From: Candidatus Latescibacterota bacterium
GTDB taxonomy: Bacteria; Latescibacterota; UBA2968
Direction of reading: 5' to 3'
Assembly (NCBI GenBank): GCA_965204745.1
Contig: OZ242010.1
Location: 2,208,001 to 2,272,000 of the forward strand
DNA length: 64,000 nucleotides
The position numbers and the translations under genes were made by a program. Positions 37,268 to 47,600 of this stretch are shown piece after piece. Within the stretch, counting starts at the first letter, position 1. Every line of letters begins with the position of its first letter. The notes beneath the pieces were generated by a model. That model did not search any database. It saw nothing but the letters and a program-made list of their open reading frames with translations, and was not told the DNA's origin.

Positions 37268-39259
37268 ATGGACGCCATGACTTTGACCGCAAATGCAATG
37301 GTCGATCCGAGAGATCGCGCAACCGCCGGCGCGACAGTGCGATCCCTGATATTCGGGCTCGTGCTGGTCGTTGCGATCAGCGCGTTGGCAACGGTCGTGC
37401 GCTATATTTTGCACAGTTCCTTCATGGCGTATAGCCACATGCCCATGGGCAATCTGATGCTGACGTTGCTGAGTGTGATCGCGTGTAGCGCGCTCGCACG
37501 GTGGTTTGGCAAACGATTTGCCTTTTCCCCGGGGGAATGGCTCGTGATTTTTTCGATGGGCTTCGTCAGTTCCCTCGGCCCGACTTATGGGGTCAGCGGG
37601 TATCTGGTCGGGGTCATCGTCACGCCTTACTATTTTGCCACGCCCGAAAACCGATGGGCAGAATTTTTGCATCCCTATTTGCCCGAGTGGATCATCCCAT
37701 CCAATCGCGATGGCGCGATGACGTGGTTTTACGACGGCTTGCCCGCTGGCGCGCCCGTGCCGTGGGCCGTGTGGCTCGGCCCGCTTTTTTGGTGGTTCAC
37801 CTTTGTGTGTGCGGTGGCGCTGGCCTGTTTTTGTGCATCCGTGATTATGCGGAAGCAGTGGGCAGAACACGAAAAACTGGTCTATCCCGCGATGGAGCCC
37901 ATCGTCGAATTGACCACGCAACCCGGCACGGGACAGACGTGGTTGCCCGATTTTATGCGGGGGCGAATGTTCTGGACCGGGTTTGGCGTGGTGGCTTTGG
38001 TCTTTGGGTGGAATATCATCGCTTGGTTTCATCCCGCGTTGCCCAAATTCCCCACTGCCGCGGGCACCTGGGTGCCCATCGGGCGAAATTTTCCGCCGCA
38101 GTGGGTGTTCGTCAGCACGGTGGGAATCTGCTTTTCGTACTTTGCGAGTTTGGAAGTGTTGCTCAGCTTGTGGGTTTTCGATCTGATGTTCACCGTCGAG
38201 TCCGGCATTTTGGATCAATTAGGCGTGCCGGCCTTTCACCGCTACTACGCCACCAAGCGCTATTCATGGCAAACGACGGGCGCGTTTGTCGGCCTCGCCT
38301 TGTGGTGGGTGTGGATTGCGCGGGCGCATCTGAAAGACGCATTCAAAAAAGCCCTGCATCCGAAAAGCGGGCATATCGATGACCGCGGGGAACTGATGTC
38401 CTATCGCGCGGCCTTTTGCTGTCTCGCGGTTTCAATCGCCTACGCGCTGGTGTGGTTGTCAGCGGCGGGCATCGCACCGAAGGTCATCGCCATTTTGTTG
38501 CCGACCATGTTTTTGACCTACGGTGCGGTCTCGAAAATTTTAGCCGATTCTGGCTTGATTTACGTCAATGCGCCGGCGTCGGCCTGGACCCTGACCACGG
38601 CGTTGATGGGCGGCGCACGCGCCATTCCCGCGGGGACACACGCCATGCTGTATCCGGCTTCGGTCGCCATCAACCACTTTCGCGGATTCACGTTTTCCGT
38701 GGGCACGCATCTCAACCGGTTGGCGGATTTCATCCCCGGCAACAAACGCCCCTTGTTCGGCGGCATCTGCATCGCGTTTGTCGTGGGCATCTGCTCATCC
38801 ATGTTGTTCACGATTTGGTTGGGCTATCGCATCGGCGGCTATAATTTTTCCCCCAACTGGCTCATCATCCGCGCTGGCGTGGGCGGGTACCAAAATGCGG
38901 TCAACGCCATTGTTTCGCCGCAACCCATGGAAGTGATCGATTACTGGTTTTTCGCTATCGGGTCTTGTGCGATGTTCGCCCTGTTGTTCTTGCGGTACCA
39001 ATTCACGCGGTGGCCCCTGCATCCCATCGGCCTCGCGTTGTCCGGCACGATGCTCGCCCGGCTCACCAGTTTCACCATTTTTGTCGCGTGGCTGATCAAG
39101 TTCGTTTTGCTGCGAATCGGCGGCGCGCCCTTTTACCGCAGGTCAAAGCCGTTTTTTGTGGGCATGCTGGTGGCGTATGTGTTGTCGACGGCCTTGGGCC
39201 TCGTTGTCGATGCGCTGTGGTTTATGCCCCGCGGGCACACCGTTCACAAATGGTATTGA
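37268..39259 (+). CDS. DUF6785/DUF6784-like polytopic membrane protein 2
   Basis: Paralogue of 28533-30506: YYFATPENRW, RKQWAEHEKLVYP, RWPLHPIG. Confidence 0.82.
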   Translation: MDAMTLTANAMVDPRDRATAGATVRSLIFGLVLVVAISALATVVRYILHSSFMAYSHMPMGNLMLTLLSVIACSALARWFGKRFAFSPGEWLVIFSMGFVSSLGPTYGVSGYLVGVIVTPYYFATPENRWAEFLHPYLPEWIIPSNRDGAMTWFYDGLPAGAPVPWAVWLGPLFWWFTFVCAVALACFCASVIMRKQWAEHEKLVYPAMEPIVELTTQPGTGQTWLPDFMRGRMFWTGFGVVALVFGWNIIAWFHPALPKFPTAAGTWVPIGRNFPPQWVFVSTVGICFSYFASLEVLLSLWVFDLMFTVESGILDQLGVPAFHRYYATKRYSWQTTGAFVGLALWWVWIARAHLKDAFKKALHPKSGHIDDRGELMSYRAAFCCLAVSIAYALVWLSAAGIAPKVIAILLPTMFLTYGAVSKILADSGLIYVNAPASAWTLTTALMGGARAIPAGTHAMLYPASVAINHFRGFTFSVGTHLNRLADFIPGNKRPLFGGICIAFVVGICSSMLFTIWLGYRIGGYNFSPNWLIIRAGVGGYQNAVNAIVSPQPMEVIDYWFFAIGSCAMFALLFLRYQFTRWPLHPIGLALSGTMLARLTSFTIFVAWLIKFVLLRIGGAPFYRRSKPFFVGMLVAYVLSTALGLVVDALWFMPRGHTVHKWY

Positions 39260-39322
39260 TTCGAGCCGCGCATTTCGCTACACTTGTGCAACAGGAAAAC
39301 AAAGCTTTTCGAGGGGAACGCC

Positions 39323-42300
39323 ATGGATCGTCGCCTGGGTCGGTTGGCATTGATCGGGTTTGTGGTGGTCGGGTTTGGGACCGTTATTTTGGGGCCGGAT
39401 ACGGTCGATCCGCTGTTGCGCGCTGCGTTGGGGTTGCAGACGCCCGAACCGGTCGCGCCCGCGCCTGTGCCGGGTGCCGATGTGGTGGCGGATCGGGTGA
39501 AGCGCGAAATCACCGAGGCCGAGGTGCGTGCGTTGATGGGGGCGTTTACGCAAGGCGGATCGCGCGTGCCGGGGTATCCGGGGCACGCTAGGGCCGCGGC
39601 GTTTATCGAAGAGCGGTTTCGATCCCTGGGGTTGGAAGATGTGGAGACCGAGGCTTACGGGGTGACGTCGCCTGTGGATGAAGGCAGCCGCTTGACCCTC
39701 GTCTCGTCTGGCGAGGTGTTCCCGCTGTTTGGGCTGTGGCCGAATCTGGTGAAGACCGCCACCTTGCCGCCGGGGGGCGTTCGCACGCGCTTGATCGACG
39801 GGGGCGATGGCGAGTTCAAGGCGTACGATGGCAAGGCCGTGGAGGGCGCGGTCGTGTTGTTGGATTTTAATACGTGGAACAGATGGCTCAACGCGGCGAT
39901 TTTGGGCGCGGAACAAGTCATTTTTATCGAACCGGATTCCACATCTTACTCGCAGGCCGAGACGAAATTTTTGCAAGTGCCCAACAGCATCGAGCGGTTT
40001 TGGATCGACCGAGAGCACGGGGAAAGGTTGCGCGCGCTGTTGGCAGACCGCGGGGAAATTGAGGTGCAACTCGAATCGCGGATGCCCTGGAAAAAAGGCG
40101 AGGTGGCCAATGTACTGGGCTGGATCGAGGGAACGGATGCGGAATTGTCGAAAAAAATCGTGGTGATCAACGCTTATTACGACGCGATGTCCGTGGTGCC
40201 CGCGCAGGCGCCGGGCGCGGAAATGGCGTGTGGCATCGTGGGGTTGATGCGGTTGGCCGCGTATTTTCGGGCGCATCGCCCCAAGTACACGCTGCTCTTT
40301 TTGGCATCGTCGGCGCATCACCTGGGATTTAGGGGGATCTGCGATTTTTTGAACCGGCATTCGCGCAAGGAAGAGCACTTTGCGGCCCTGATGACCGAAC
40401 CCATCGACATCGCGCTGTTCATCGGGTTGGACCTGTCTAGCCAGACCGCGGAGATGGGCGTGGCGAGTCAGACCGCTGGCTTTTCTGCGAACGCGGCGGT
40501 CAATTATTTTTACACGCGGTTTTTCGCGGTTTTTGGCAAGTCCTTCACGCGCTATGCCACCGCCATCGCCAAGGGCATCGGCGCGCCGTCAAAAGACGCG
40601 ATGGTCGATGGGATCAATCCCAAAGGCGGGATGACGTGGGATATGTACATCCCCGGGGAAAATATCAAGAGCGACAGCGAAGTGGTGTTGTACGCGGGCA
40701 CGCCTGCGCTGTCGTTGACCACGGTGAACGACGCGCGATTTCGGGTGGATACCCCGCTGGATCGGCCCGAGTTCGTGAATTACGACAATTTGACGCAGCA
40801 GATTCGCGTGCTCGCAGGCGTGCTGGATCTGTCGTTGAACAGCGATGACTTTTTGCCCGATTACAAGTTGGACCCCGATGATCGCATGCGCGGGCTGAAG
40901 GGCTTTGTCCGCACATTTCCCCGGCGGAGCATCACGCCGGACAAACCGCGCCCGGGCGCGATAGCCGCCATGCGGATGGGGTTGGAAAAGTCGATCAAGG
41001 GCGTGCGCCGGATTTATTACGACCTCGCAGACGACAACGGCGAGTACTATATCCCCGGCGTGGCAGAGCGCAGGGTACACGTGCGCGCGTACTATCTCGA
41101 CCCGGAAACCGGCGAGATCACGTACGCGCCCAACATGGGGCGGCAGGGCAAAATTTACAGCGGCAATTTCGACATGAACTGGTGGATCACCAAGCAAACC
41201 GTGATTTTGTTTCCGTGCGTGGCAACGGATTTTTACGGCACGGTGGACCCGCGCTACTTGACCACGTTGTCGAATATCAGCGTGTACGGGGCGGGCAATA
41301 CCGCGCCGCAGGAATACGGGTACGCGGTCGGGTTTGGCCCGGATGAACCGGTCGGCGTGGTCTTTACGTCGCCGGGGGAACGGGTGAAAATTGCGATGCG
41401 CGCCGGGGTGATCGGGGTGCGCTTTTTGTTGCTCAATTCCAAAAGCGCGGACGATGAGTGGGAGGCGCGCGGCGAGGGATTTCAAACCCTGTCGTCGGGC
41501 GCGCTGGTCCGCACGCCCTATCGCGCCGCGCGGGATATGTGGATGCTGAACGAGTCGCGCATGCGGAAGTTGCGCCAGTACTCGATAGAGAACCAGCGGC
41601 TAGAGGCCTTGCACGCACAGGCCAAAGAACACTTGGACGAGGCCGAGGTCGCGTTGCGGGAAAAGCAATGGGATGCGTTTGTCAAGCACACGCGCGCGGG
41701 CATGGGCATCGAGTCGCGGGCGTACCCAGATGTGAAATCCACGCAGAACGACGTGATCCGCGGCGTGATTTTCTTCATGCTGCTGGTGATCCCGTGTGCG
41801 TTTTTCCTCGAGCGGCTGATTTTTACCTTTGCCGATATTCGCATGCAAATCACCGGCTTTGGCGCGGTTTTTGTGGTGATCTGGATTTTCCTGTCGCAGG
41901 TGCATCCCGCGTTTGACTTGTCCAACCCCTTTGTGATTTTGCTGGCTTTTGTGATTATGGCACTGGCGATTTTTGTGATTTCGATTTTGGCGGGCCGGTT
42001 CAACGAGAATATCCGCCGCCTACGCAGCGCAGAGGTGTTGTTGCACGAAACCGATGTGGGCCGGGTCAGCGCGTCTGTGGCCGCGTTTCAGTTGGGCATC
42101 GCCAACATGAAAAAGCGCAAGTTGCGGACGTGGTTGACCTTTGCGACGCTGGTGTTGCTGACCTTTACCGTGCTGTCGTTCACGTCCATCAAATCCGCAT
42201 TGGAATTTCACCAACTCCAGCGAGACGCGGAAGGCGCGTATCCGGGGGTGTTGATCAGAAGCAAGTTTTGGGGGCCATTGGAAGATACGGCGTACGATTA

Positions 42301-43849
42301 TGCGCGGATCAATTTCAAAGACGCGGGCACGGTGGCGCCCCGGAGTTGGTACGTCGCGACGCGGGAACAAAAAAAATCGAAGGCCGTGCTGTGGTCGAAC
42401 AAAAAAAGTGCCCGCGCCCAAGGCGTGTTGGGCCTCGCGCCCGAAGAAGCACGGGTCACGCGCATCGACACCTTGTTGCGCGCCGGGCGATGGTTTCAAC
42501 CCGGGGAATCGGCCTGTGTTTTGCCCGACCGCATGGCAGAACTCTTGGGGGTGACAGCGGGGCAAGTGGGCGAAAAGTACATTCGCATTTTCGGCAAACA
42601 ACTGAAAGTGATCGGGGTGATCGATTCCGAGAAGATGCGGGCCTTTGTCGATTTGGATGAGGAAATTTTGACGCCCGCGGATTTTCAAGTGACCGATGAC
42701 GAGTTCATCACCGTCATGTCGCAGACCGAGAGCCGGGAGCGGCAGGGCTTGGAACGGCCCGAGGTCGAGACCGTGCCATTTGAACACCTCGATCCGGACG
42801 AGATCGCCATCGTGCCCTACGCGCTGTTGCGCGACGTGGGCAGCCCCTTGCAGTCCGTGGCCGTGCGCTTTCACGAGGCCGTGGATGTCGAGGCCGAGAT
42901 CAAGTCGTTTTTGTCGCGCCTGTCCGTGGTGCTGTTCGCGGGCATCCCGACCGCAGATGGGGGCATCCGAGTGGCGGTGTACAGTTCGCTGGGCGATACG
43001 TCCCTGCGGGGGTTGTCCAATTTGTTCATCCCCATTTTGGTGGCCGCGCTGATCGTGCTCAACACGATGATGGGGTCCGTGTACGAGCGATTTCGGGAAA
43101 TCGGGATTTATTCTTCGGTGGGCCTGGCGCCGGTTCACATCGCGTTTTTGTTCATCGCCGAGGCGTGTGTGTACGCGGTTTTGGGCACGGTGGCCGGGTA
43201 TTTGTTGGGGCAAAGCGTCGCCAAGTTTTTGTTGTGGCAAGACGCGCTGCAAGGGATGACCGTGAATTATTCCGCGCTTTCCACCGTGACGTCGTCCATG
43301 CTGGTGATGTTGGTGGTGCTGCTGTCCTCGGTCTATCCCGCGCGGCAGGCGTCCCTGATGGCCGTGCCGGATGTGACGCGCCGCTGGAAATTCCCAGAGC
43401 CAGAGGGCGATCACTGGCATTTTGAGTTTCCATTCACCGTCGGCGGCAAGGACGTCTTTGGGCTGTCCGTGTTCTTGGTCGATTATTTTCAAGCACACGC
43501 GGGCGAGAGTTTGGGCACGTTTTACACGGATGGCGCGCGCTTCGGCTCGGTTGAGACCCCGGCCGGACAGGGCTATGCGATAGACACGACCATCTGGTTG
43601 GCGCCTTATGATTTGGGCGTGAGCCAGCAGGTGCATTTTGAAGCCGTGCCCACGGGCGAACACAATATTTTTGCGATGGCACTGACGATAGACAGGCTGT
43701 CGGGCGACGCGTCTTCATGGCGGCGGGTCAATCAGAATTTTATGAATTTGTTGCGGAAGCAGTTCCTGATTTGGCGCACCGTGGCGCCAGAAGACAAGGC
43801 GCGATACACGGAAAAAGGGCGGGGCATGCTGGTCGAGGCGGTGGCTTGA
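39323..43849 (+). CDS. Degenerate M28 peptidase/PA domain fused to FtsX-like permease (1508 aa)
   Basis: NVLGWIEGTD..VVINAYYD, APGAEMACG; TM blocks; FtsX motif SVYERFREIGIYSSVGLAP. Confidence 0.85.
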   Translation: MDRRLGRLALIGFVVVGFGTVILGPDTVDPLLRAALGLQTPEPVAPAPVPGADVVADRVKREITEAEVRALMGAFTQGGSRVPGYPGHARAAAFIEERFRSLGLEDVETEAYGVTSPVDEGSRLTLVSSGEVFPLFGLWPNLVKTATLPPGGVRTRLIDGGDGEFKAYDGKAVEGAVVLLDFNTWNRWLNAAILGAEQVIFIEPDSTSYSQAETKFLQVPNSIERFWIDREHGERLRALLADRGEIEVQLESRMPWKKGEVANVLGWIEGTDAELSKKIVVINAYYDAMSVVPAQAPGAEMACGIVGLMRLAAYFRAHRPKYTLLFLASSAHHLGFRGICDFLNRHSRKEEHFAALMTEPIDIALFIGLDLSSQTAEMGVASQTAGFSANAAVNYFYTRFFAVFGKSFTRYATAIAKGIGAPSKDAMVDGINPKGGMTWDMYIPGENIKSDSEVVLYAGTPALSLTTVNDARFRVDTPLDRPEFVNYDNLTQQIRVLAGVLDLSLNSDDFLPDYKLDPDDRMRGLKGFVRTFPRRSITPDKPRPGAIAAMRMGLEKSIKGVRRIYYDLADDNGEYYIPGVAERRVHVRAYYLDPETGEITYAPNMGRQGKIYSGNFDMNWWITKQTVILFPCVATDFYGTVDPRYLTTLSNISVYGAGNTAPQEYGYAVGFGPDEPVGVVFTSPGERVKIAMRAGVIGVRFLLLNSKSADDEWEARGEGFQTLSSGALVRTPYRAARDMWMLNESRMRKLRQYSIENQRLEALHAQAKEHLDEAEVALREKQWDAFVKHTRAGMGIESRAYPDVKSTQNDVIRGVIFFMLLVIPCAFFLERLIFTFADIRMQITGFGAVFVVIWIFLSQVHPAFDLSNPFVILLAFVIMALAIFVISILAGRFNENIRRLRSAEVLLHETDVGRVSASVAAFQLGIANMKKRKLRTWLTFATLVLLTFTVLSFTSIKSALEFHQLQRDAEGAYPGVLIRSKFWGPLEDTAYDYARINFKDAGTVAPRSWYVATREQKKSKAVLWSNKKSARAQGVLGLAPEEARVTRIDTLLRAGRWFQPGESACVLPDRMAELLGVTAGQVGEKYIRIFGKQLKVIGVIDSEKMRAFVDLDEEILTPADFQVTDDEFITVMSQTESRERQGLERPEVETVPFEHLDPDEIAIVPYALLRDVGSPLQSVAVRFHEAVDVEAEIKSFLSRLSVVLFAGIPTADGGIRVAVYSSLGDTSLRGLSNLFIPILVAALIVLNTMMGSVYERFREIGIYSSVGLAPVHIAFLFIAEACVYAVLGTVAGYLLGQSVAKFLLWQDALQGMTVNYSALSTVTSSMLVMLVVLLSSVYPARQASLMAVPDVTRRWKFPEPEGDHWHFEFPFTVGGKDVFGLSVFLVDYFQAHAGESLGTFYTDGARFGSVETPAGQGYAIDTTIWLAPYDLGVSQQVHFEAVPTGEHNIFAMALTIDRLSGDASSWRRVNQNFMNLLRKQFLIWRTVAPEDKARYTEKGRGMLVEAVA

Positions 43850-43894
43850 GCGGAGAATATTGATCGCATTTCGCAGATATTTGGCGAAAAAGCA

Positions 43895-43923
43895 TTGACT
43901 TCTGACAAAAGAACGGGTATCTT
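43895..43923 (+). promoter_or_regulatory. Putative cspA promoter TTGACT-N17-TATCTT with ~140-nt leader
   Basis: Hexamers read directly; long leaders are typical of csp genes. Confidence 0.6.
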
Positions 43924-44066
43924 GTCCCATGTCTTACGAAGATGTTGTTTTGTTTCCTGTGCAATCGGCCTGAAAAAGACGGTATGGCAAGAATCGAAAC
44001 TTCTGATTCTTGCCTTTTTTTGGTTCTGTTGTGCAATTTTCGCCGTTAGAAAGGTGGTGAAGTACG

Positions 44067-44267
44067 TTGGCAGAAGGAAGAGTTAAGTGGTTTAACGACG
44101 CCAAGGGATTCGGTTTTATCGAACAGGAAGGGGGCGAAGATGTTTTCGTCCATTTTTCCGCGATTCAATCCGAGGGTTTTAAGTCTTTGGCCGAAGGTGA
44201 CTACGTCGAATTTGACATCACTCAGGGGCCGAAGGGACTCCAAGCCTCGAATGTCGTGAAGCAATGA
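44067..44267 (+). CDS. cspA: Cold-shock protein
   Basis: [24 protein letters not shown]; TTG start. Confidence 0.96.
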   Translation: MAEGRVKWFNDAKGFGFIEQEGGEDVFVHFSAIQSEGFKSLAEGDYVEFDITQGPKGLQASNVVKQ

Positions 44268-44290
44268 TCTGAACTCGATTCAGAATTATC

Positions 44291-44328
44291 AAAAGCACCA
44301 TCTCGTTTTGAGGTGGTGCTTTTTTTTT
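44291..44328 (+). terminator. Rho-independent terminator of cspA
   Basis: AAAAGCACCATCTC-GTTTT-GAGGTGGTGC followed by a T-run. Confidence 0.85.
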
Positions 44329-44353
44329 GGTGTGTTGACATTTGGAATATTTT

Positions 44354-44486
44354 TAGGTTCTGTTGACATTTACGAGCAATGCAACGAGATGGGGATAGGG
44401 CGGTTTATCGGGAAAATCAAGCCCTATCGCAGGATAGGCTCTCGATTTTTCTGTTTTGTTGCATCGCCTAAAAACAAAATGTCAAC
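44354..44486. mobile_element. MITE family A, short copy
   Basis: TAGGTTCTGTTGACATTTACGAGC...CGGTTTATCGGGAAAATCAAGCCCT resembles the reverse complement of the right end of 32793-33210; ends AAATGTCAAC. Confidence 0.7.
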
Positions 44487-44691
44487 TCGGGGGTCAGCGC
44501 GTAAGTCAGCGGGTCAGTGCCACCGGTTGCTTGCGGTAGCGTTAGGGACGCGATCTCTTGCGCGTATAGGCCAGTGCATCCACACTCGCATCGCCAAAGG
44601 ACAGCATCAGATTCGCGCTGATGGTGAGGAAGAAACCCAGGGTGTTCTCATCGCCATCTTCATCTGTGGCGGTCAGGGAACAGGCTTTCAT
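44487..44691 (-). pseudogene. Decayed He_PIG tail cassette
   Basis: MKACSLTATDEDG... (49 aa to TAA 44542), continues in a shifted frame as LTLPQATGGTDPLTYALTP, then cut by the MITE. Confidence 0.75.
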
Positions 44692-47600
44692 TGGAAGTGG
44701 GAGGCGGGATAGAGGCTTCGGATGTAGGGTTCAATTTCTTGAGCGGTCGTGCGCGTAGCAGTTTGCTCGATGACGTTCCCTCTGACGAGGGCCTCGTTCC
44801 GGAAGAAGAGGACGTATCGAATGATCAGGATTATATCCGAGAACAGCCTCACATCGCCATCGCCATCCACATCGAGAATGTTCTGATTGACCAACGTGTC
44901 GAGGTAGGGTTCAATTTCTTGAGCGGTCTTGCGCGTGGCAGTTGGCTCGATGACGTTCCCTCTGAGGAGGGCCTCGTTCCGGAAGAAGAGGACATATCGA
45001 ATGACCAGGATTATATCCGAGAACAATCTCACCCGGCCATCGCCATCCACATCCAAGTTGGCACTCGGGGTTTCGTCATCGATAATCGTCCCGGTGCCTT
45101 GCGCCGTGCTTATGGTCGCATTGGTCGCACTGCTCAGCGTCACGATCACGGTCTCGTTCGGCTCATCATCCCCGTCGTCGGTCACGGAAACAGGGATGGT
45201 CTGGATGGTATCGCCTACCGCGAAGGTCAGGGTCCCTGCGGTGAGCGCGGTGTAATCGGTCCCCGAAGTCGCGCTGCCCGTGCCCGCGTCTGCATACGCC
45301 ACCGTCACTTGTGCCGTGTGCGCCGGGCTTAGGTACACCCGAAAGGTTAGGGTCGCGCCGGTCGCGCCTTCAATCACGCTGGGCGAACCGATACTCAGCG
45401 CAGGCATGCCATCGTCATCGATAATCGTCCCTGTGCCTTGCGCCGTGCTTATGGTCGCATTGGTCGCACTGCTCAGCGTCACGATCACGGTCTCGTTCGG
45501 CTCATCATCCCCGTCGTCGCTCACAGAAACAGCGATGGTCTGGCTGGTCGTGCCCGCCGCAAAGGTCAGGGTCCCTGCGGTAAGCGCGGTGTAATCGGTC
45601 CCCGAAGTCGCGGTGCCCGTGCCCGCGTCTGCATACGCCACCGTCACCGCCTTGCCGCTCGCCGCATTCAATCTAACGGTGAACGTCAGGGCAGTGCCCT
45701 CAACCGCACTCGGCGAACTAATCGAGAGCCTCGGTTGAGGGTCATCATCGGTGATCGTTATCTCGGTCGGGAGGACCACACTGCCCTGGGCGTTGTCTGA
45801 CACAACGGACATGTCCACGTCGCGATTAAGTTCGTCTCGGGTGTTGTCCACCGCTGTGATGATCACTGTATCCGACGCGTTCGCGGTTTGCCCGGCCGCG
45901 ATGGTGATCGTCGAATCCGTCCCCACCGTGTAAGCACCCGCCACAGGACGCACCGTGATCGTCGTCGCCGCGCTCAACGGGTGTGCCAGCGTCGCGGTCA
46001 CGGTGCTCATCCCACCGCTTTCCGAGATCGACGAGGGCGTCAGTACCAACGTCACGACCGCGGGTTGAAGCTGAAATTGCACGATGGTGTCCAGGCCGGC
46101 ATACTTCAAGGCCGGATACTGATCCATCGTGCCAAAGGTCCACGGATCGTCGTTGCCGGCTTGTCCGTCTATGTTGGCGTTCCAGTTGTAGTAGGTGTCG
46201 TTGCTGGTGGCACCGTAGGTGGTGGGGCTCTGAAGCTCGCTGGTCGTCTTGCCCGCCGCGCCGCTACCGCCGAGGCTGGTTTGGCGTCCGCTGGTTTGGG
46301 TGTCCCAGTAGCTGCCGGTAACCGTGCCCGTGCCGGAAACTGCCTCGCCCAACAGCCCGCCGATAGATGTCATCGACCCGCTGGAGAGGCTGACCGCGCC
46401 GGTGGAGTAGGAGTTTGTTATGGAGCCGGTGGTCGCTTTTGAGCCTACCAGCCCACCGAGGTTCTGAGTCGCGCTGACGGATGCGAGGGAGTAGCTTGTG
46501 GAAATGGAGCCTCCGGTCCAGCCGACCAGACCGCCGACGACATTGTCGCCCGTCATGCGACCGGTGGTGTAGCAGGCGACGATTTCGCCGCGATTGCCGC
46601 CGACCAGAATGGCACTAAAGTCGTCTGCCGTAACATCGGCGTCGGTTACGCCCAGCGACTCGATGCGGGAGTTGGTGCCGGTGCCGCCGAACAGTGCTTG
46701 GTAGCTAACGGTGCTGCGGCTGATGAACAGGTTTTGGACGGTGTAGCCGTTGCCTTTGAAATCGCCTGTGTATCGTAACGCTGGGTTGGCGTCGGAGCCG
46801 ATGGGCATCCAGCCTTGGCCGCTATTCCAGTAGGCGGCGTCTGCTGAGGTGATTGCGCCATCGTTGTTCTCGTCAAAATCCAAATTGTTGAGCAGTTCGT
46901 AGCCAGTGCAACCGCTGGAAGGGCAACCCTTGCTCGCTGACAAGTTCCCGTTGGGAAAGGCGGCGTTGTAGGCGGTCGTATCGGCGGTCGTGGCACTTGA
47001 GTCTATGGCACCATCGCCATTGATATCCCAGCGCATGGCATGCAGTTGGGCCAAGGTCGAGACCTCGAGGAGGCCATCGCTATCCGTGTCGTAATTCACG
47101 GGTTGGGCAGCGTACTGCGCCGTGGTGTCCAGGCCGGCAAACGTCAAGACCGGATACTGCTTTGTCGTGCCAAAGGTCCAGGGATCATCATCGTTGGTCC
47201 CCGAAGCATCTATGGTCAGATCGTCCCAAGCGGCATAGATGCCACTCGCAGCCGTGACCGATTGTAAGTCGGAGGTCAGCTTGCCCTCCGGCGCAACAGT
47301 ATCGCTATCATCGGCAATGTCGCTTGTTTGCGTGTCCCAGTAGCTATCGGTCACTGTACCAGCCGAACTGCCCACCAACCCGCCTTTCGTGCCGGCACCC
47401 GTGACTGCGCCCGTCGCGTAACTGGCGGTCACGCCACCGCCGCTCGCGATTTGACCCACCAACCCGCCGCCCACCGCGTTGCTGTGTCCCGCGAACACAG
47501 AGCCCAGCGCGTAAGACGCCACCACCTCGGTCTGATCGGTCAGCCAACCCACCAAACCGCCAGCCATCCCGTCACTCGTCACAGTCGCAGGAATGCTCAC

